Shown one piece after another: positions 22,392 to 29,794 of a stretch of DNA of 29,794 nucleotides. Where the stretch lies: contig JBDOQK010000028.1 in the NCBI GenBank assembly GCA_040437565.1, positions 372,001 to 401,794 on the forward strand. The letters are read 5' to 3'. Under the pieces are notes generated by a model. The model was given only the letters and a program-made list of their open reading frames with translations. It had not been told where the DNA came from and made no database searches. A program made the translations under genes and the position numbers. Numbering within the stretch: the first letter of the stretch is position 1; the number at the start of each line of letters is the position of its first letter. This DNA comes from Albugo candida. Lineage: Eukaryota.

Positions 22392-23853
22392 CTCCCCCTC
22401 GACTTGAAATCTAATAAGAGTTTGAAATTTCTTTGTCGCTATCGGTTTTGTCGAACAGTCTGCCAGTTGGTGCTTCGTTGGAGTGTATATTAGATTTATG
22501 TCTCCAAACTACACATGTTCTCGTATAAAGTGATGCCAAACGTGACGTGTTTTGCACGACTGTGATATCTATCGTTTTGTGCCATAGCTATTGCAATTTG
22601 ATTATCAACGTAGATTTTAATTCCATTCTGTACTGGATAGCCCGTTTCCGTTTATAGTGATTTTAACCAATGTACTTCTTGAATATACATTGATATTGCC
22701 ATGTTATCTGCTTCAGCTGTGCTTAGCGAGACGTTATCTTGTGGTCTATATTTGAATACGACTGGCATAGTGTTTACAAAAACTATTATACCAGAAGTTG
22801 AACGTCGATCATCGCTATTGCTCGCCCAATCAGAATCGCTGTATGATGATTTTTCTAGAGTCGACGTTTCGCTTGTACAAAAAAGTCCGGAATCTGAAGT
22901 CGTCTCTAAGTAACGTAAGGCCCAAATTCCTGCAACCCAATGTTCTGAGCTTGTATTCTCCAAAATTCGACTGAGTTGGCAAACTGCGAATGCTTCATCT
23001 GACCTAGTACTCATCGCCACATATAAAAATGATTCGATAAGTGAGCAATATGGTCGCTTTTGCATTTCTTGATCTTTTTCATTGCAATCTCAGTACAATA
23101 ACGCTCGCATTGTATGCAGGAGATGATGTGTTTTGATTTGATTTTTCTATCATTTTTCTTTGTGCAAGCGTGCTGCGATAAAATTGAAGTTTTTTTCAGG
23201 ATAGTTCCATTCCAAGAATATATTGTGCTGCACCCAAATCTTTTAGTTTGAAAAAGTTTTGAAAAACTATGCTGAATCATTAGAATTATTTTCTCAATTT
23301 GGCTACAATCAGCATATCATCCACATAAAGTGCAAATGGAAAATTTTCTGTCTGGTGTTTCCAAGCAAAGATGAAAGCGTCGGAAAGACATTTTCTGAAC
23401 TTGAGCTGATCGAGAAATAATGTACCATATCGAGGATGCCTGCAAGAAACCATGGAGACTTTGTTTCACTCTGAATACCTTTCCAGACTCCGTTTTGTAA
23501 CCTTGAGGAGGCCACATGTATATTTCTTCGTCTAGGTGTCGATTCAGGAAATCTGCGTCGAGACATCGTACTTATTTATTTCGTACCCGAGCTGGCAGCA
23601 TAACGCTAAAAAGACTCGAATCGAGTTCGTACTGACAGCAGTGATTAACTTTCCTATCTGGAATCTGACGAAAACCTTGTGCAACAAGCGATCTTTGTAC
23701 CGGTGAATCTTTCCATGCATATCACGCTTGATTGTAAAGATTGCTCTACAACCGATAACTCTTCCATGTGAGGGTGCATTCGTCAATTACCATGTAACGT
23801 TCGATTCCGAAGGATACAGCTCAGACTCAGGATATTTCTTTCAATACTTGCTG

Positions 23854-24429
23854 TCATGGCTTTTGATAGATTCGGAATACTTCTATGGGTTCCTATTTGC
23901 GATACATGCGTTCTCTATGCTAATTCGAAGTCGTTTTATCTGCGACGGTCTTCATCAAGTGTTTCCTTTTTTTATTAGTTCAGCTCCTTACGGAACTGTT
24001 TCATCGAAAGTTGCAGAAGGGGGTAAAGCTCTGTCTCCGCGGGAGGTTGATTATCCACTAGTGCCGAATAGATAATGCTCACTATTTGAATNNNNNNNNN
24101 NNNNNNNNNNNNNNNNNNNNNNNNNNNNNNNNNNNNNNNNNNNNNNNNNNNNNNNNNNNNNNNNNNNNNNNNNNNNNNNNNNNNNNNNNNNTCATGGCTT
24201 TTGATAGATTCGGAATACTTCTATGGGTTCCTATTTGCGATACATGCGTTCTCTATGCTAATTCGAAGTCGTTTTATCTGCGACGGTCTTCATCAAGTGT
24301 TTCCTTTTTTTATTAGTTCAGCTCCTTACGGAACTGTTTCATCGAAAGTTGCAGAAGGGGGTGAAGCTCTGTCTCCGCGGGAGGTTGATTATCCACTAGT
24401 GCCGAATAGATAATGCTCACTATTTGAAT
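23854..24429. repeat. 238-bp direct duplication flanking an N gap (probably an unmerged contig overlap)
   Basis: 23854-24091 and 24192-24429 are identical except one substitution seen (ggtaaagct/ggtgaagct). Confidence 0.85.
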
Positions 24430-24938
24430 CAAATCTCCGCTTGGCACAATCCCACGAGTATGTTGTGATATTGGCAGATCTTCATTTTAAGCATGCGGAC
24501 TTTCATTGTCACGAAAGTCTACAATCTACATCCGACTGTCATCACATATAGTCATTGAGTGTTTATTTGCTCTTTCTGTGTTTCCGTCATCTTCATCGAT
24601 CTCCATCAAAACATCTTCGACAGCACGAACATGATCTGCTGGAAACTAACCTGGACCTTCATCATCCAAAATATTATCCGTCTCCATGTCATGATTATTT
24701 GCATGGTCTTGTATGTTATTATCGGACACTTTAGCGTGTGTAACCTGAATCGATTCCGGTAGTTGTACTGTTCTTAAAATCTCGACTTTTCCATAACCCT
24801 TGTAAACGTGACAACTTTCGAAATGTTCGCGTATCCTAAAAAACGCAAGCAAAATTTTTTTTTATTAAGTATACTTCTCTTTGCTTCATCATTATAGGTA
24901 TGTCCATTAGCACCGAACCGAGCACTCGAAAAGGACCG

Positions 24939-25158
24939 TGTTGTTGTTTTAGTTGGTAAAATGGAAAGTGAATATATCAGGGTCCTTGTTACTATTCTAA
25001 GCCCTAGCCTTTACGCATTGTCTTATAAGCTCCGCTGTATGAATCTTGATTGTTGGAATATGATGCACTGTCTTTACATTGTTTCTTGACTTCGCATATC
25101 AGCATCCGATTGGCGTAATCCTTCTGCAATATGCTGATTGGCTGATTCCATTGCGACA
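24939..25158. mobile_element. Solo LTR (220 bp) inserted in the Copia integrase
   Basis: TGTTG...CGACA termini, flanks gaccg/caccg (4/5 TSD). Excision restores KPDIGPFRVLGS (cf. KPDLSHLRVFGS). Confidence 0.8.
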
Positions 25159-28009
25159 CACCGATATCTGGCTTGATGCCAGAAGATACTTCCGTTGGTG
25201 TTATGGCTGCTCGTACGAAATTTGGTAATCGATTCGTAATATAAGCAGCAGGATTGACTGCTTCCGCCCACCATAACTTTACAACACATTCGTGCTCTAA
25301 CATGGTCCTTGGTTGCTTCTAAACGTTTCTTGAGGCTTAAACTAACGTGTACGGTGAACTAAGAACTTGGAAAAATAATATACATACTTTTGCTTTATGC
25401 TGATGCGTAGTGTTTCTGGATTATTCTGGCCCTCGTTACATTTACACTTTTTTTTCGTCCGTTTTCCCCTTCGCTTCCATTTGGATATATTTGGCCTCCC
25501 ACGTAAACCTAAGTGAGCAGTCGTCCGCTAAAGTCAAGCAAAATTAGCGAAACTTAGCCTTTTATCAAAACACTTCGAAATCGATATCTCACCCTAATTT
25601 CTCATACCACATTTGCTGTGGCCAAGTACTCCCTTCTTTACGCAAAGGATGGATTGAAGTCTCCAACTCTCGTATTGCTGGGGATTTCTCTTTTGTTAGC
25701 TTGAGGACTTTTGCCTCCAAATCTTATGTTACTGACCTGTGCTCAGTTGAAGGTGTCTATATTACTAGAATTAGACAAACTGACTTCTCTAGTTGCCTAG
25801 GCTATCTTAAATAACATANNNNNNNNNNNNNNNNNNNNNNNNNNNNNNNNNNNNNNNNNNNNNNNNNNNNNNNNNNNNNNNNNNNNNNNNNNNNNNNNNN
25901 NNNNNNNNNNNNNNNNNNACGAGACTGTGTCCAGCTTGTAAATGCTGTAAAGTTGAAAAAGTTGTTAAGTTGTAAAAATGGTCCGAAAGTACCGTGGTTT
26001 GCAAATTGGTGTGCGCCACACTACGGTGAGTAGAGCCAGCCAACTAGGACTAGGATCTGAGTTGCACTTGCCGTTCCACTCGCCTGTGCCATACCCGCAG
26101 CAATGATCTTCGACTTCTGAAAAATCCACCAAATGATCCTTGCGTTGCGAGTTGACGTGACCTGTGCTCAATTGCGTATCGATAAGCTTATTATCCAGCA
26201 CGATTGGAATTATGCGCAGGTATGTGATATCATGTTGTGTTACCTTAACTAGCATGCTCCCGATCCAATCTTCTTCTCAAGTTATAAGACTTGTGTTGAA
26301 TGCCTTCTTGTGTGGTACATACCCTTGAAACCTCTGAAGGTCAAGTGTTTCTTCTAGTGACATTTTGTTCATCTTTCAGCAAAACAATTTTGTTGCGGAT
26401 AATATGGAACTGTGGTCTGGTGTATGATCCCACTCTTCTTACATTCATGCAAAAATTGACCGTTGATATACTCTTTGCCGTTATCAGTCCAAATGCATTT
26501 GATATTCTATCCAGGTTGTCGCTCCATCATCGACTTATATTTAACGAAATTGCCCACAGCTTGCGACTTACTCTTTAGAAAATACACATTCACAAATCTT
26601 GACTAATCATTGTCAAATGTAACGACATATTTCAAACCGCCAGAAGAAGTTGGCAGCTGAAATACATTATTCGTCTTCGGCCCCTTACGATGCCGACTTT
26701 TGGCTCATCCACTGCATAGATCTTCATCAGTAGTATCGAGGCCAGAACGTTTAGCTAACTTGAAACCAGTAACACACTTGTCCAATTCATTGATTTTGGA
26801 TTCTGAAAAATGTCCAAGGCGTCCATGTCATACTTTAATTCTTAGAGACTATTCACCAAGTCCGATAATTGCTATCATTGATTGATCTTTCGACCGCTTG
26901 GATGCTCCGTTGAGTACACACATTTTTCCAGTAATAGGCACTCTGATGATTGGACCTGCTGAGCTTGCAATCTCGCACCAATTATCGCCAAGCGAAAACT
27001 TCAAACACTATGATACGAGTGCTTCAATCGATAAAAGACGTAGATCCAACTTCGGAACGAACAGAATTAGAGCATCATTTATGATTACTCTTTCACCATT
27101 TGTAAGCGTTATTGGTACTGTACCAGCTCCAATTGCTACGAAGTAAATGCCAATTGCAATCGAGATTTTAAAGTTTCAAAATTCCTCTTAACGAAGTCCA
27201 TATGACTGCTCGCTCCGCTGTCGAGAAACCAATGCATCGTTGTTTGATTTTAGACTGCCATAAATGCACGTGCATCGGGCTGTTGGGTTTTGTTCTCTTT
27301 ATTGCTCGAGGATTTTTCTCTGCAATCCCTATGTCGTTGTCCACGCTTGTTACAATGACAGCATCGTCCGTTCAAAAGCATTCCGCCATTCTTCTTTGGT
27401 TTTACTTGCTGCTTGATATCCACTTTTGTTGTCGTCAGCGCTACTTCACTACTTTCGTTTCGCTGAATATCCGAGCAGTCACGTTGTAAAATCTCTTTGG
27501 CACATGATAGTTCGATGTTGCCCATATTATCAATGCCTCTTGAAATATGATGATATTCTTCGGTCAGGATCCCAAGCAGTATTGAAAGTGCTTCATCTTC
27601 AGTGATTGGGTCCTCAATCTCGCCCATTTTCATACCTAATATGTCCAGCTATATCAAGTCTTTGACTGGAGTCTGTCCTTAAGTTGTACCTTGTTGTACA
27701 TACTCTTCTGAAAGAAAAACCGCTGAAGAGTATCTCATAGATGGTTTGCGCTAACTGTTATACGCACCATTGTCTGAAATGGTGTGCTCAGCTTCGTCGA
27801 TAAAAATCACGGAAGCTCGCCATGTCGTTTGCTTCTTACTGCGCTTATTCGATGGCATCTCCCACTGGTTAAGCCTTTGTATCATCGACATGACTCAATA
27901 GACTTTTCTTCGGCAGCTTCATTCTTGGATTGTATTCTCCAGTCTCAACAAAATATCTACTCGCAGAATGTTGTTGTTTATATCCATGGCTGATGTTCGG
28001 CTCATCACC

Positions 28010-28252
28010 TAATAGCGCTTGTGTCGAAATGAAAAAAATATAGAAGTGATTGTGCCATTCCCGTAAAGATCATTAGTTCACTATTCGCTAATCTAAGCCT
28101 TATTCCAACTTTTCTCGAAGTAACACTACTAACATTACTCCCATTAGTAACAAGACTAACGTTTATAATCTTTGTAAGTCATCATCTAGAACTTCCCTGA
28201 ATGCTCTCAGATAGTTCTCACGATGTAGTGCCTCTACATAGAGTTAGGATTG
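28010..28252 (-). repeat. Copia 5' LTR (outer ~12 nt missing)
   Basis: Aligns with 22154-22379; abuts the PBS. Confidence 0.8.
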
Positions 28253-28962
28253 GAACGGAATCGGAAGAATAAGATTTGAGAATGGGAAATCGACCATATC
28301 GCTCACTTGTCGGCACTCTTCTGCAAGGTGCATTGGAAACAATACCAATTATTGCTTGCGAGGTTTGCTAGCTTAGTCGACACCTGAAGCAACAAAGTGA
28401 ACAACAGTGTAATGCAGCAATCCGTTTTTTGCGCTACGTGAGGTCATCCGCAATGGAACGCATTTGTTATGAGGCTAAGCCAGGAAATAAAGAATTTATT
28501 GCTTACAGTGACGAGGATTTAGCAAGCAACAAGGAGTTCAATAGATCAACCTCCGGTATATTGGTGATGACAAACAACCCTCCAGTGAAATTCAAATCAA
28601 AATTGCAGTAGAGTGTGGCTCTCAGCCGAAGCTGAGTACTTTGCTTTCTCGTAATGCACCCAGGAAGTTATGCGGGTCAAAAGTTTATTATTAGCATTGA
28701 GGTTGAGGATAGATGACTCAGTGATTATTCATGAAGACAACCGAAGTGCAATTGGAATTGTCAACAGCGATTGATACCAAAATCGAGCTGAACATATGGG
28801 ATACCATTTTGTCCGTGAGAAAATAAAGGCTCAAAGGATCAAGCTCCAAGGTATTGAAACCGAGTTTTAGCTAGCTGATTACATGGCCAAGCCAGTGTCG
28901 CCAAAGAAACTGAATTAAATGCTGATTAAGTCTAATGTCGAGAATCTATCGCCCAGGGGAAG
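28253..28962 (+). mobile_element. Plus-strand Copia RT C-terminus and RNase H, continuing 21740-22153
   Basis: MGNRPYRSLVGTLL...AYSDEDLA...RSTSG...EDNRSAI...YHFVRE...LADYMAKP, then PPT-like AGGGGAAG at 28955-28962. Confidence 0.88.
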
Positions 28963-29139
28963 TATTGAAGCTGATGTCCCCCCAGCCAGTTTGGATCACA
29001 TCATCCGTTACAAATTGCACCAACTGGACACTAATTAATGGCTGTACCCGTCCAGTACTCATGACTTCGACTAACTACTCAAGTGACACCAAGAAACTTC
29101 TACATTTAGTATATATTACTTTCCGCATTTTTCTCAACA
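28963..29139 (+). repeat. Probable 3' LTR of the plus-strand Copia
   Basis: Begins TATTG (TGTTG-like) right after the PPT; a CAACA occurs at 29135-29139; no partner LTR in the window. Confidence 0.5.
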
Positions 29140-29794
29140 CCGATAATCCATCCATGGAAGGTGCACAGAATAAACTCGGATCTTCATTACCACCAGTTTT
29201 CATCCACTCTGGAAATCAGAATTACATACTTTGATCATTATAAATCATGTGCGAAGTTTTTTGCGCAAACATTCGATAACACGAAACGTGTTCTTGCGAA
29301 GGAATCTTTCATTCAACATAACTGCAGAAGCGAAATCTCACCTATGTATTATTATTCATGTGCCTGTAGTGGTGTATCATGATCTGTGGGGATTTAAATC
29401 ATAATTGGCGAACGAAAGCATCTAATTAATGGTATTTTGGTACCTCAGCCATAGCTCTCATTTGCCTTGTGCCTACACACGAATGGGCAACACAATATTG
29501 TAGTTGTATCTGTATGATTCTACCAGTTACTCCAATTTTCCATTTTCGAACTTCCCAGCGAAATCAGACTTCGGGAATGCTCTAAATCGTAGATTTAGCA
29601 CATAAACTTCCTTATTTTTATAGTTTTCGACACATTGCGGTAGATGAACAGGAAATAGTTTCTATTGGTGTGTAAGATCGAAACAGCCTCGTAGCACTTT
29701 TTCTGTCACGGAATGTTGGCGCTAGCCCATGTCGATTCTAACTCATGAAAAGAAAACATAACCCATACGAAAACATAATTGAATATGATGTCTG

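Larger units (their letters stand above)
22154..28252 (-). mobile_element. Near full-length decayed Ty1/Copia element nested in another Copia
   Basis: LTR pair ~22154-22391 and 28010-~28252; PPT GAGGGGGAG at 22392-22400. Copia-type half-tRNA PBS GGTGATGAGCCGAA at 27996-28009 (cf. GGTTATGGGCCCAG). gag ATG at 27987 with CCHC knuckle CHCNKRGQRHRDC, PR FLDSGASSHM, GAG-pre-IN WHGRLGH, IN (QTTVPYYPQQN; WWAEAVN), RT and RNase H (YSDSDWA, STAEA). Confidence 0.9.

Noticed and set aside
23854-24429. Biological tandem duplication
   Set aside because: Near-identical copies end and start exactly at the gap edges, typical of an unmerged (possibly allelic) contig overlap
29668-29696. Short matches (gtgtaagatcg, tcgtagca) to the reverse complement of 19134-19153
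   Set aside because: Short, in permuted order, compatible with chance

Overview
Eukaryotic genomic window with five 100-N scaffold gaps plus one more, six in total. It is most likely from an oomycete: the 5S sequence, retroelement types, ~50-nt introns and moderate GC suggest an Albugo-like genome (inference). Left third: one minus-strand, 5-exon gene (8737->1207) for a large Nup214/Nup159-like FG nucleoporin. Its N-terminal beta-propeller is followed by two EF-hand-like pairs, a RanBP2-type Zn finger, a homogenised 102-bp (34-aa) tandem array, a coiled coil, three repeated helical modules and an FG tail. Two of its four introns are GC-AG. The remaining ~20 kb is a transposon graveyard: an L1/Tx1-like LINE relic, a complete but decayed chromodomain-bearing Ty3/Gypsy element (12424-17704, TSD GGCTG), a G-rich inverted repeat pair bracketing it, and several nested Ty1/Copia relics including a solo LTR. 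The most unusual observation is that the Gypsy element carries two Pol III RNA fragments: a near-pristine 5'-truncated 5S rRNA inserted antisense between RT and RNase H, and a sense-orientation initiator-tRNA anticodon-arm-like sequence fused directly to its PBS.
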